A stretch of DNA of 64,000 bases from Chitinophagales bacterium (GTDB taxonomy: Bacteria; Bacteroidota; Bacteroidia; Chitinophagales; JADIYW01): positions 11,680 through 75,679 of the forward strand of contig JAMLHJ010000004.1 in the NCBI GenBank assembly GCA_023957245.1, written 5' to 3'. Made by a program: the position numbers and the translations under genes. Of this stretch, positions 48,421 through 58,120 are shown in pieces; the stretch's first letter is position 1; every line of letters begins with the position of its first letter. Under the pieces are notes generated by a model that saw nothing but the letters and a program-made list of their open reading frames with translations, had not been told where the DNA came from and ran no database searches.

Positions 48421-48957
48421 TTAGTCCAATGTTTGTTTAAAGTGATACGATAACCAATCTTTTGTATTCATAGGGATTTCAGCTTTATCTTTGATATTGG
48501 ATGCAAAAATTTCTTGCATAGCTGGCGTTAATAAATAACATCCCAATTCATCATCTTTTCCAATGAGATAAAATTGTTCTGAACTATTATTTTGTTGCGC
48601 AATGGTTTGATTAATTTCATTAACCAATACACATATTTTTTTACCATAGTTTTTAATTCTGGGAACTTCAAGCTCCTGAATCTTTACTCCTAAATGATTC
48701 AAAATCAATTCAATTTCTTCAAGAAAAAATTCAGGAAAATCTTTTTCAGATACACTATGATAGTCAAGCATGACATATCTTCTTTCTTTACCCAAACTGA
48801 AAAACTCCTCATCTAATGTAGGGTTGAAGCTTTGAATTTTAAATCCAAACCATAAATCTTCCTTAATTTCTTCCAAATCATTAGCAGAAGAAAAATTGAA
48901 ATATCCCAAGTTTTCTAATTGGCTGATCAGTTCATTGATATGTTCTTCACTATGCAT
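48421..48957 (-). CDS. hypothetical protein (178 aa), translationally coupled between nhaA and the exonuclease gene
   Basis: Its ATG overlaps the nhaA stop (ATGCATAG, 8-nt overlap). There is a 3-nt gap to the exonuclease start. No family recognised. Confidence 0.55.
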   Translation of the reverse strand: MHSEEHINELISQLENLGYFNFSSANDLEEIKEDLWFGFKIQSFNPTLDEEFFSLGKERRYVMLDYHSVSEKDFPEFFLEEIELILNHLGVKIQELEVPRIKNYGKKICVLVNEINQTIAQQNNSSEQFYLIGKDDELGCYLLTPAMQEIFASNIKDKAEIPMNTKDWLSYHFKQTLD

Positions 48958-50284
48958 TATCTGTCTTTTTAGCTATAGCGGATAAGTAGATATAGCCTAT
49001 TATTCCACCAAGCGTAGATGCAGTAAAGATACCTACTTTGGCTTGTGTAATATATAATGGATTGTCAAATGCAAGAGATGCAACGAATATAGACATTGTA
49101 AATCCTATAGATGCTAATATCCCTAGACCTATCAGATTTTTTAGATTCATGCCCTCTGGTAATTTGCCGATACCTAATTTGACCATCAACATTGTAGAAC
49201 CTACGACTCCTATTACTTTTCCTAATAATAATCCCAACCCTACGCCGATAGCTATATGAGTAGAGAATAAAGTTTCTAATTCAAAGTCTAAAGATACTCC
49301 TGCATTAGCAAGTGCAAAAATTGGAAGAATGATAAATGTTGTCAATGGGCTGAGTATATTAATCAATTTCTGAAGAGGTGTCATTGCTAAAGATGTATCT
49401 TTGTTGATTTCTTCTAAAATTTCTAATTGACTTTCTTTCAGTGTTGGTATATTGTCATCAGGGTCGATGGCTTCAAAAGATTTTAATTTATTTTGAATCG
49501 CTTTGACATAATCGTTTTCTTTCAATATTACTTCTGCTGGAATAGCAAATGCCGCTAATACCGCTGCAATTGTAGCATGAACTCCTGATAATAAAAAGGC
49601 TGTCCATACACCTCCGATACCTATAATTCCATAAAACAATGTGCTTCGTACTCCCATTTTATTGCCAATAAGCATCACCGCAAAAAATCCTAAACCTATA
49701 GAGAGATTGACTAAGGATACATCTGATGAATAAAATAAGGCTATTACAAGAACTGCTCCCAAGTCATCCACTATTGCTAATGCTAAAAGGAATATTTTCA
49801 ATGAAAGTGGTACTTTGTTTCCCAAAAACATTAATACTCCTAATGCAAATGCTATATCTGTAGCAGTAGGTATTCCCCAGCCATGATGTGTTTCTGGATT
49901 AGCATTAAATAGTAGATATATAGTTGCAGGGCCTGCCATCCCTCCGATAGCTGCTATAATTGGAAGCATTGCTTTTTTGGGTTGAGCTAGCTCTCCAGCA
50001 ACAAACTCCTTTTTTAGTTCCAATCCTACTACAAAAAAGAAAATAGCCATTAAGCCATCATTGACCCAATGAAGTAAACTGTGTTCTAAATATGTTTTTC
50101 CATCAAATTGAAAGCCTAATGTATTTTCAAAAAAATGATGATACGCATCTTTAAATGGTGAATTGGCAAGGAATAATGCTATTACAACACTAATGAAAAG
50201 AATAATACTTCCTGATTTTTCATATTGAGTGAGTTGTCTGAAAGGCGCAACTATCTTGTCAATTGGTTTGTTTTTTACTGACAT
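48950..50284 (-). CDS. nhaA: Na+/H+ antiporter NhaA
   Basis: NhaA blocks WVNDGLMAIFFF, GWGIPTATDIAF and ALAIVDDLGA; about 12 TM segments. Confidence 0.9.
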   Translation of the reverse strand: MSVKNKPIDKIVAPFRQLTQYEKSGSIILFISVVIALFLANSPFKDAYHHFFENTLGFQFDGKTYLEHSLLHWVNDGLMAIFFFVVGLELKKEFVAGELAQPKKAMLPIIAAIGGMAGPATIYLLFNANPETHHGWGIPTATDIAFALGVLMFLGNKVPLSLKIFLLALAIVDDLGAVLVIALFYSSDVSLVNLSIGLGFFAVMLIGNKMGVRSTLFYGIIGIGGVWTAFLLSGVHATIAAVLAAFAIPAEVILKENDYVKAIQNKLKSFEAIDPDDNIPTLKESQLEILEEINKDTSLAMTPLQKLINILSPLTTFIILPIFALANAGVSLDFELETLFSTHIAIGVGLGLLLGKVIGVVGSTMLMVKLGIGKLPEGMNLKNLIGLGILASIGFTMSIFVASLAFDNPLYITQAKVGIFTASTLGGIIGYIYLSAIAKKTDNA

Positions 50285-50406
50285 CTGTATTTATTTGACA
50301 TGAAAAATAATCGAATATATTGGCTTTAAATCACAAGAGAAATCAATTTTATGTTAATTCATCTTCGTGAGATAAAAAAACAGAGTATAATTTCTGATTA
50401 TAAAAA

Positions 50407-51624
50407 TTATTTTGACAGCTCAGGAAATTGAATTTTATAGGCTGATAATCCTTCTGCTAAACAATTAATAGCTTTATTTAAATCAGAAGAATTGAGTACA
50501 TAAGCCATTCTGACTTCATCTTTTCCCAGCCCGTCTGTAGAATAAAATCCAGTGCCTGGAGCCATCATAACGGTGCTTCCATTGTAAGAAAATGCTTCTA
50601 GCATCCATTGACAGAAATGGTCGCTATCTTGAATCGGCAATTGTACCATACAGTAAAATGCTCCTTTCGGTGAATGACATTTTACTCCAGGTATTTTGTT
50701 GAGGCCTTCTACAAGCGTATCTCTACGATGGATATATTCTTTGTTGACCGTTTCAAAATATTCATCACTGACTGCAAATAAAGCTTTTGAGCCAATTTGT
50801 TCTACTGTAGGAGGGCTCAATCTTTGCTGTGCATATTTGAGTATAGTATCCAATACCTCTTTGTTTTTAGATACAACAGTCCCGATTCTAGCACCACAAG
50901 CACTATATTTTTTGGACATAGAATCTATGACAATGACATTTTGTTCTATTTCAGGAAAACTCATCATGCTTTTATATGGAATGTCAGAATAGCTAAATTC
51001 TCTATACACTTCATCACTAATAATAAATAAGTTGTGTTTTAAAGCAATATCTCTGAGCCTGTCCAATTCATCATCAGAATATCTATAACCAGTAGGATTA
51101 TTTGGGTTGCAAATTAAAATAGCTTTAGTTCGATGGGTGATAGCTTTCTCAAACTCGTCAATAGATGGCAAGGCAAATTCGTCTTCAAAATGAGTTGTAA
51201 TTGCTTTCATTACTATACCTGCACTTTTTGCATAGCCGACATAATTGGCATACAATGGTTCTGTTCCTATTACTTCATCGTCAGCATCAAAAATGGCTAA
51301 CATGGTGAATAATAAAGCTTCTGATGCTCCTGTCGTGATTAAAATATCTTCAAAATTGATATGTGGAAGATTTCTTCTCTCTGAGAAATATTTGGCATAT
51401 TCCATTCTTAAATCATCAAATCCACTTGATGGACTGTATGCCAATACTTTGAGATTGATATTTTTTACGGCATTCCAAAATTCTTGTGGAGTTTCAATAT
51501 CAGGTTGCCCAATATTTAAGTGGTAAATATGAATACCATTCTTCTTTGCTTGTTCAGCAAAGGGAGTAAGTTTTCTGATAGGAGAGGAAGGCATTATTTG
51601 TCCTCTGAGAGATATGTTTGGCAT
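50407..51624 (-). CDS. class I/II PLP-dependent aminotransferase (aspartate/aromatic type)
   Basis: SPIRKL N-terminal motif, NPNNPTG, and PLP-lysine block SMSKKYSACGARIG. I start at 51624 (MPNISLRG..) because a terminator hairpin covers the longer ORF start. Confidence 0.85.
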   Translation of the reverse strand: MPNISLRGQIMPSSPIRKLTPFAEQAKKNGIHIYHLNIGQPDIETPQEFWNAVKNINLKVLAYSPSSGFDDLRMEYAKYFSERRNLPHINFEDILITTGASEALLFTMLAIFDADDEVIGTEPLYANYVGYAKSAGIVMKAITTHFEDEFALPSIDEFEKAITHRTKAILICNPNNPTGYRYSDDELDRLRDIALKHNLFIISDEVYREFSYSDIPYKSMMSFPEIEQNVIVIDSMSKKYSACGARIGTVVSKNKEVLDTILKYAQQRLSPPTVEQIGSKALFAVSDEYFETVNKEYIHRRDTLVEGLNKIPGVKCHSPKGAFYCMVQLPIQDSDHFCQWMLEAFSYNGSTVMMAPGTGFYSTDGLGKDEVRMAYVLNSSDLNKAINCLAEGLSAYKIQFPELSK

Positions 51625-51631
51625 AGCAAGT

Positions 51632-51670
51632 ACAAAAATAAAAACTCCATGCACTATTTAGCATGGAGTT
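51632..51670 (-). terminator. rho-independent terminator after the DUF1573 gene
   Basis: A 10-bp stem (51643-51652 pairs with 51661-51670), followed on the minus strand by TTTTATTTTTGT. Confidence 0.6.
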
Positions 51671-51694
51671 AATAAGATATTTGTTTTAATATTT

Positions 51695-52138
51695 TTAATT
51701 TCCAAATATAGAAGGCTTTGCGTTTTCTACACTATTAGCTTGGATAGCTTCTCCAGTGATGTATAACATAATAGTTTCACCGTCAGCTGTTTTTACAGTT
51801 ACAGATTTTCTGTATTTACCTTCTCTAGCCATATTGTATTGAGCTTTGACAAATCCCTTTTGACCAGGCATAACAGGTTCTTTAGACCATGAAGGAGTTG
51901 TACAACCACATGAAGCTTTGACTTCTGATAATATCAATGCTTTGTTCCCAATATTTGTAAATTCAAATTCATAGGTAACGGGTTTACCGACAGGTAAGGT
52001 GCCAAAATTATGTTCTTGTTTTGAAAAACTAATTTTTGAATTGAGATTTAATTCAGTTTGTGCATTTGAAAAACCAATGCTCAAAAATAAAAAGGAAACT
52101 AGTGTAAATAAGGATTTCATATTTAATTGCTTATTCAT
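51695..52138 (-). CDS. DUF1573-domain secreted protein
   Basis: Signal peptide and the characteristic ASCGCTTP motif. Confidence 0.8.
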   Translation of the reverse strand: MNKQLNMKSLFTLVSFLFLSIGFSNAQTELNLNSKISFSKQEHNFGTLPVGKPVTYEFEFTNIGNKALILSEVKASCGCTTPSWSKEPVMPGQKGFVKAQYNMAREGKYRKSVTVKTADGETIMLYITGEAIQANSVENAKPSIFGN

Positions 52139-52317
52139 TTTCTTCCTTACAAAAGTATGCCATTTTTTGATTATCTCTAAAATTATTCATTTTTTATAAC
52201 ACACCTTGCCCGTTTTAATCAGATGATGTGAATGAATGTTAAATTCTTTGACTCGATTAAACCTTCAAAATTTGTATCCATCTTAAATAACATTCAACAA
52301 CAAATAAAATATTAATT

Positions 52318-52761
52318 ATGAACAAGACAGTAAAGTTTTTAGCAATGGGGGCAATTTTTCTATCCTCTTCTTTGATGACAGTCAATGCACAGACAGGGAC
52401 AAAGAAACCTGAGTTTAGAAAAGAACTCGCACAAAAGTCTCCTGAAGAAAAGGCCGATTTTTTTGCAAACCGTTTAGCTGAGAAATTAAATCTTTCAGAG
52501 CAACAGAAAAAAGAAGTTTATACGCTGAAATTAAATGAGATAAAAGCTCATGAAGCATTGATGCAACAGCAAAAAGCATTGCGACTGAAAGCTAAAAGTG
52601 ACTTAGATAAAGTCTTAACTCCTGAACAGAGAACAAAGTTAGAAGAATTAAAAGCCAATAAGGCTGAAAACTTTAAAAATAAAGGATATCCAAATAGACC
52701 AGCAAATCCTAATCAACAAGGAGGGAAAGGACCTAGACCAGTGCCTACTCCAAGTAAGTAA
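52318..52761 (+). CDS. periplasmic Spy/CpxP-like LTxxQ-motif protein
   Basis: Signal peptide; LSEQQKKEV and LTPEQRTKLEEL motifs; basic Pro-rich tail. Confidence 0.65.
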   Translation: MNKTVKFLAMGAIFLSSSLMTVNAQTGTKKPEFRKELAQKSPEEKADFFANRLAEKLNLSEQQKKEVYTLKLNEIKAHEALMQQQKALRLKAKSDLDKVLTPEQRTKLEELKANKAENFKNKGYPNRPANPNQQGGKGPRPVPTPSK

Positions 52762-52783
52762 TCATTGATTTCTTGAATTAAAC

Positions 52784-52815
52784 AAACCGTCATCCTGCTA
52801 TGGCGGTTTTTTTAT
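52784..52815 (+). terminator. candidate terminator after the Spy-like gene
   Basis: AAACCG (52784-52789) pairs with CGGTTT (52804-52809), followed by a T-run. It overlaps the 3' end of the convergent GNAT gene. Confidence 0.4.
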
Positions 52816-53443
52816 TTTGGGAATAGGCTGTTACGTCGTTTGCTAATGTTGATAATTCATTTTCTGGAAAATAGACCATTACAGAATAATTGGAATGTGA
52901 AGCATGTTTTTGAATCAAGCTTGTATAGCCCACCCAGCTATTGCATCCATTGATAAACCATGGGTCATTTAATATTTCCATAAAAGTAATAGGCTGAAAT
53001 CCCAATTCTAAATTGACAGCGAGGACGGCAGGGTTACTGCTCATACTGAATATCTTAGAAGTGGGAAATTGTAATTGAGACAATTCGAAAAGCTTTGTTT
53101 TTATCAATTTGGAAATCCCCATTCCTCGATATTCCTCTTTAATAATTAGGCAGGTATTAGCAACATATTGTTGGTGCTCCCATACTTCCAAACAAGCAAA
53201 CCCCAGCCATTCTCCAGTCTGTGGATGAGTTGCGATAACTGCAAGTTGATTTTTAATTTTATCTGCAATGTATTCTTTAGGACGAAGTGCAATTCCTGTT
53301 TTACGTTGTTCAGAAGATAAATTGATTTCGGTAGCTATTTCGGCAGCAAACTTCAGGTCTTCAGAATTGGCTATGCGTATGTTGAAATATAATATAGAGT
53401 TCAAAGCGTAAAAGGTTTTTAATAAAGAAAGTTGATCAATCAA
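52790..53443 (-). CDS. GNAT-family N-acetyltransferase
   Basis: Acetyl-CoA loop EEYRGMGISKLI (Q/RxxGxG/A). TTG start. Confidence 0.7.
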   Translation of the reverse strand: MIDQLSLLKTFYALNSILYFNIRIANSEDLKFAAEIATEINLSSEQRKTGIALRPKEYIADKIKNQLAVIATHPQTGEWLGFACLEVWEHQQYVANTCLIIKEEYRGMGISKLIKTKLFELSQLQFPTSKIFSMSSNPAVLAVNLELGFQPITFMEILNDPWFINGCNSWVGYTSLIQKHASHSNYSVMVYFPENELSTLANDVTAYSQNKKTAIAG

Positions 53444-53771
53444 AAGATTTGGGAAATCTTATTTCACATCATTGCAATGTGATTATACTAACTCATTACG
53501 CCTATAAAAATGAAAACTGGAGAATTTAAAACAAATCCCTATCATATCTTTTACTGATATAAAAGCGAGAGGTAACTTATATGTATGCTTAGTCTTCATT
53601 CTTTGAATGGTGAAACAAAAGTAATTATTTTCTTATCAGAAATTGTCATGAGAATATCATTTATATAGAATTGGGAAATTATTTTTAGAGGCTTGATATT
53701 CTTTATTGACTTGATGATGACGTAATTAAAAAAGTTTGATTAACTTAATATCTCAAACACGCCAATTAATT

Positions 53772-54629
53772 ATGAAGAAATTCGAGTTTAGGTATTTTTT
53801 ATTATGCCTTTTATGTTGCTTGATGATTTTGTCTTGTAAAAAAGATGAATCAGAAAAAATAAAGACCAATCCTCCCAAAGAACCACCTATCGCTAATGTA
53901 GATTTTCCTGAGCTGTGGAATAAAAATCACAAAATAGTAGTTATTGCTCATCGTGGAGGAGGAAGTGGTCTGGCTGAAAATACTTTGGAAGCTTTTGAAG
54001 GTGCGATTGCAGATAGTGCGGATTATATTGAAATTGACCTTCGAACAACTAAAGATGGTGTTCTTGTTATTATGCATGATGCGGATATTGATAATATGAC
54101 CAATGGCACTGGCTATGTTAAAGATATGACTTGGGAAGAATTGAGCCAATTTAAAGTGAATGGTAAGTATGACATTCCTAGACTAGAATCTGTATTAAAT
54201 CTCACAAAAGGAAGAGTAAATATTTATGTCGATTTTAAAGAGGCTGATCCTGAACAGGTATATGCTGTCATGAAAGCTCATGGAATGGAAAAACATTTTG
54301 TGCTTTATCTCAATAGTAAAGAGAAGTATGATAAATGGAGAGCTGTTGCACCGAGAGTACCTATTATTGGTAGTATTCCATTGAATGCCAATCCTTCTGA
54401 AATTGGAAAAATATTAGCTGAGGGAGATTATGATATTATTGATAATTCGTACAATCCTGCGGTTATCAAAGTATTGCATGAGAGAGGGAAAAAAGTTTGG
54501 TTGGATATTGAAGGCCCATGGGAAAATCAGAATATGTGGAATACTATATTAGATTTTGGTGTAGATGGTATGCAAACAGATAAAGCAAAACCGTTAACAG
54601 ATTTTCTGACAAAGAATAATAAAAGATAA
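53772..54629 (+). CDS. glycerophosphodiester phosphodiesterase (GDPD family), lipoprotein
   Basis: VIAHRGG, ENTLEAFEGAI and IEIDLRTTKDGVLVIMHD blocks; lipobox MILSC. I prefer the ATG at 53772. Confidence 0.85.
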   Translation: MKKFEFRYFLLCLLCCLMILSCKKDESEKIKTNPPKEPPIANVDFPELWNKNHKIVVIAHRGGGSGLAENTLEAFEGAIADSADYIEIDLRTTKDGVLVIMHDADIDNMTNGTGYVKDMTWEELSQFKVNGKYDIPRLESVLNLTKGRVNIYVDFKEADPEQVYAVMKAHGMEKHFVLYLNSKEKYDKWRAVAPRVPIIGSIPLNANPSEIGKILAEGDYDIIDNSYNPAVIKVLHERGKKVWLDIEGPWENQNMWNTILDFGVDGMQTDKAKPLTDFLTKNNKR

Positions 54630-54658
54630 TTGCTTGTTGAAATTGAAGGAGTTGAAAA

Positions 54659-55462
54659 TTATCTTTTGATGGCTAAGTAATTGATAGTCATAAAGATTTC
54701 ATAAGTTTCTTTATAAGTCGGCAACTCATATATGCCATCTTTTAAGATACGATAGATTTTATAATCATCTTTTAGCAAATAATAAAAGTCCTGAAAATAG
54801 GTTCTAGAGTCAATATTGCATCCTCCAAATTCAAATTGAATGAAATCTATTTTTTTATTGGATAGCATTTCTTTTGCTCCTTTTAATGCATTGAGTTCAT
54901 GCCCTTCGATATCCAACTTTAGGAAATGGATATGGTCAATTTGATTGTCTTTACAAAACTTGTCAATAGTACTTAGTTGAATTTCCTCAGATTTATCCAT
55001 TGTTATTCCCCAATGGTCAAGATTTCTTTGATAGACAGAAGCAAGACCTGAACCTTCAAAATCTTTAAAAAGTGTGTGTTGATAGACATTGTCACTGAAT
55101 CCAAAATTGTTTCCAATAATATTTTTGATGTCTTGAGTGTTAGATTTGAAAATTTCAAATGTACTTTTGGAAGGTTCGAAAGAATATATTTTAGCATTAT
55201 TATCAAATACCTTAGATAAGGATTTGGCATAATTGCCGACATTGGCACCTACATCGAAAATAGTTATTGAATCTTCATTTTTGAGCTTTCTTTTGATGTG
55301 TTCAGCTACAAATAATTCCCCACTTTGATGAAAATATCCACCATTGCCAAAATTCATCTGTCGAAGGGAAAGTAGAAATAGATTGTTCCAGATATATTGA
55401 TTGCCTATTTTGTACAATATATTGATGATCAATTCTTGAAGAGATTTTTTAATATTTTTCAT
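54659..55462 (-). CDS. FkbM-family SAM-dependent methyltransferase
   Basis: IFDVGANVGNY SAM loop and the LKLDIEGHE block. Confidence 0.8.
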   Translation of the reverse strand: MKNIKKSLQELIINILYKIGNQYIWNNLFLLSLRQMNFGNGGYFHQSGELFVAEHIKRKLKNEDSITIFDVGANVGNYAKSLSKVFDNNAKIYSFEPSKSTFEIFKSNTQDIKNIIGNNFGFSDNVYQHTLFKDFEGSGLASVYQRNLDHWGITMDKSEEIQLSTIDKFCKDNQIDHIHFLKLDIEGHELNALKGAKEMLSNKKIDFIQFEFGGCNIDSRTYFQDFYYLLKDDYKIYRILKDGIYELPTYKETYEIFMTINYLAIKR

Positions 55463-55567
55463 CAGTATTGAACATTTCTTTTATGGGTCATCAATTTAAT
55501 CTAAAAGTCTAAAACTATTTATACTCTATCTAAATATAAATAATACTTTTAGCCAATGGATAGGTCT

Positions 55568-56074
55568 TTAAAATCCATTGACAGTGATTTCAAAGAAAAG
55601 GTATGAATTGGCAGGAATGCTATTGGTGACTTTATCTCCATAAGCAAGAGATGGAGGTAAGAATAATCTGATTTTGCCATCTCTTCCTACTAATTTTACA
55701 CCTTGTTGCCATCCAGCAATAGTTTGGTACAACATCAATGTACTTCCTTCTCTTGAGTCAAAAACATTGCCATTGAATAAACGACCTTTGTAATCTACAT
55801 TGACACTTGAACAAGTCTCTGCTCTTTCATTATCTCCAGGAGTTTCTATAATATAATAAAATCCATTGGGATGTTGAACTGCATGTTTCAATAAGGTGTC
55901 AGAGTCGTTATTGGCAATCCTTTGTTCAATATAATTTTTAATATAATCAGTTTCTTCTTGAGTAGCTTTTGAATTATTGTCAGTACAATCGATACCATAT
56001 AAATTGGTATTTTTTTTACAAGAAGAAAGTAATAGGCCAAATGTAAAAAGATAAATTAAAGGTTTCATATTCAT
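55568..56074 (-). CDS. FKBP-type peptidyl-prolyl isomerase, lipoprotein
   Basis: VNVDYKGRLFNGNVFDS and LAYG blocks; lipobox LLSSC. Confidence 0.85.
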   Translation of the reverse strand: MNMKPLIYLFTFGLLLSSCKKNTNLYGIDCTDNNSKATQEETDYIKNYIEQRIANNDSDTLLKHAVQHPNGFYYIIETPGDNERAETCSSVNVDYKGRLFNGNVFDSREGSTLMLYQTIAGWQQGVKLVGRDGKIRLFLPPSLAYGDKVTNSIPANSYLFFEITVNGF

Positions 56075-56149
56075 ATTAAAAGTACAAAACTAAAAATAAT
56101 GATGGAGTTTGTATTTTTCTTTTCCAAACAATTTTCTTTTCTCAATGAT

Positions 56150-56640
56150 TATAGGTAAAGTAAAATGTAAGATGAAATATACTGGTGGTTGAGTCTTTCT
56201 TAAACTAACCGCAAAGAATGCTAAGTTTTACGCAAAGGTCACGGAGTGATAGACAGAACTACACGTTGCGAATGCGCTCTGCACCATAGATTTTAATGCT
56301 GGGTGCCCACTATACGAAGAAAGCGTGATTTCTTCAACTGTTTGAGACGAAGTCGAGTTTTGAAGAAATAGCTTTCAAGTATAAAGTGGGTCAGCGAAAA
56401 ATCCGGTGCTGGTCACTGAGTTTATCGAAGTGCTTTTGCATACTTTTTCTTCTAAAGAAAAGTATGAAGAGGAAATAATGATAAAATTTGCTGCTGGTTG
56501 AACTTTCTTAAACTAACCACAAAGAATTCTAAGTTTTACGCAAAGCACACGAAGTTTAATGAAGTAATGAAATAATAAAGCAATGTGAAATGTGAAGATG
56601 TGAAATGTGTGAAATATCATCGATATGCTTTTATTTTGAG
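56150..56640 (+). repeat. mosaic repeat tract containing copy 2 of the 218-nt unit
   Basis: GTAAAATGTAAGATGAAA; CTGGTGGTTGAG; CTAACCGCAAAG..TACGCAAAGGTCACGGAG; the 218-nt unit; TGAAGAGGAAATAATGA; CTGCTGGTTGAA; CTAACCACAAAG..TACGCAAAGCACACGAAG; then an AATGTGAAATGTGAAGATGTGAAATGTG tail. Confidence 0.85.
56250..56467 (+). repeat. 218-nt conserved unit, copy 2
   Basis: Gap-free alignment to 19986-20203 with about 9 mismatches counted by eye. Confidence 0.9.
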
Positions 56641-56767
56641 TAGTTTCTTGCTTTCCAAAATGCTAAAAATTTTGACGAGTTGTTAGATATTAAATATGGA
56701 AAAATCGGAGTTGAAAAACGTGACAAATTTGAAGAAAATGCTTAAATTTGAATCTAGGTATTGAAAT

Positions 56768-57001
56768 ATGAATACGCAAACATTAAATAATAAAAATGAA
56801 CTAATCCAATGGTTGTCAACTTTGGACGATGATTCTATTATAGAAAAACTACTTAAATTTAAAGAAGAAGAGACTAAAGATTGGTGGGATACGATTTCAG
56901 AAGAGGAAAGAAAATCTATTGAAAAAGGAATTTCAGATGCTGATAATAATAAAGTAGAACCACATTCAAGTATAAGAAAAATATATGATAAGTGGCTTTA
57001 A
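56768..57001 (+). CDS. putative antitoxin (addiction-module component) of a type II TA pair
   Basis: A small acidic protein whose gene overlaps the downstream ParE/RelE-like gene by 17 nt. Confidence 0.6.
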   Translation: MNTQTLNNKNELIQWLSTLDDDSIIEKLLKFKEEETKDWWDTISEEERKSIEKGISDADNNKVEPHSSIRKIYDKWL

Positions 57002-57287
57002 AATTGTATGGACGCTTAATGCAAAAGAAGAATTAGAAAAGACGATTGAATATCTTGAAAATAATTTTTCAGATAAAGAAATAAAAAAATTAGTTCAAAA
57101 GATTGAAGATATTACAGAGCTAATTTCTCAAAATCCAAATTTGTTTCAAAAGTCAGAAAATAATCAAATTTATAAAGTTGTGATTTTGAAATTTAACACT
57201 TTGTATTATCGCTCAACAAATGAAAGTATTGAAATATTATCATTTTTCTCAAACAGACAAAATCCTAAAAAAACAGAAAAATATTAA
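56985..57287 (+). CDS. ParE/RelE-family type II toxin
   Basis: 100 aa. It shows the Bacteroidota ParE-like pattern (F.I.W...A..EL..I..YL; IEILSFFSNRQNP). Confidence 0.65.
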   Translation: MISGFKIVWTLNAKEELEKTIEYLENNFSDKEIKKLVQKIEDITELISQNPNLFQKSENNQIYKVVILKFNTLYYRSTNESIEILSFFSNRQNPKKTEKY

Positions 57288-57298
57288 ATAGCTTGTCC

Positions 57299-57341
57299 AA
57301 GTGCTTTTGCATACTTTTCTTCTAAAGAAAAGTATGAAGAG
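57299..57341 (+). repeat. partial third copy of the 3' end of the 218-nt unit
   Basis: AAGTGCTTTTGCATACTTTTCTTCTAAAGAAAAGTATGAAGAG starts 12 nt after the ParE-like stop codon. Confidence 0.8.
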
Positions 57342-57612
57342 AAATATTGAAATATATGCTAAGATGCCAGAGACTAAATGTAAGATGAAATCATCGAAGA
57401 ACTTTAATCTAGACTAGTTTCTTGTTTTCCATATAGGAATAATTACTTTTTGTTAATGTAGATGATGATGTATTGTATTTGAATATTTCCAATGTATAGT
57501 AATTTGTTATTTTGTTTGTATTGTATTAAAATGTTATAAAACATGAATAAGTCAGATTGATTTCGCTGATGTATGGAGAAGGTGAAATAAAAAAAATAAA
57601 AAAAAACAAAAT

Positions 57613-57620
57613 TACCTTTG
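57613..57620 (+). promoter_or_regulatory. candidate -7 promoter box (TAnnTTTG)
   Basis: TACCTTTG lies 50 nt upstream of the ATG at 57670. This is a motif match only. Confidence 0.3.
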
Positions 57621-57669
57621 GTGAATTCAATATTTTCGATTTACATTTATTGCCGTAAGTAAACAAGAC

Positions 57670-58068
57670 ATGACAAAAAGAAAGGTAATAGTTGATTACA
57701 AGAATGTGCCAGATGAGGTTTTACAAAAACTTGCAGAGAAGTATCCTCATGGATATAATAAGGCAATTATTAAATTCCAAAATGCCAAAGGAGAGACAGT
57801 ATCAGTTGTGCCAATTGAAACAGATGACACTTCTTATTTGGTGAAAGTGAGTACACAATTACAAAAAATGGTTAATGACGTTGATGTAGATGATTTTGAT
57901 GATTTGCCTATTGATAACGAGCCATCAGGAAAAAATGCTTTCGGTGATGATGAATTTGATAGTAATGATGATGATGACGATGGTAGCTATCGTGATAATG
58001 ATGGAGAAGATTCCTTAGATGACCACATGGATGAGGCAGAGAATATTGCAGATGATTCAGATTATTAA
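57670..58068 (+). CDS. hypothetical protein with an extremely acidic C-terminal tail
   Basis: Compact N-domain (VIVDYKNVPDEVLQKLAEKYPHGY..YLVKVS), followed by about 60 residues dominated by D and E. Confidence 0.6.
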   Translation: MTKRKVIVDYKNVPDEVLQKLAEKYPHGYNKAIIKFQNAKGETVSVVPIETDDTSYLVKVSTQLQKMVNDVDVDDFDDLPIDNEPSGKNAFGDDEFDSNDDDDDGSYRDNDGEDSLDDHMDEAENIADDSDY

Positions 58069-58089
58069 AATTGTATTATAAAATAAATT

Positions 58090-58120
58090 AAAAAGGAGAA
58101 GATTCACTTCTCCTTTTTTT
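58090..58120. terminator. bidirectional rho-independent terminator
   Basis: AAGGAGAAG pairs with CTTCTCCTT (9 bp), flanked by an A-run and a T-run, between convergent genes. Confidence 0.7.

Noticed and set aside
50407-51654. The full 415-aa aminotransferase ORF start at 51654
   Set aside because: The extra MHGVFIFVLA peptide is encoded by the terminator hairpin and T-tract of the upstream gene. The conserved N-terminus begins at the ATG at 51624.
57670-58068. Acidic-tailed protein as a DNA-mimic anti-restriction factor next to the R-M locus
   Set aside because: The only evidence is charge. The N-terminal domain looks like a conserved Bacteroidota hypothetical family as far as I recall. The gene is separated from the R-M gene by two convergent genes and a strong terminator.
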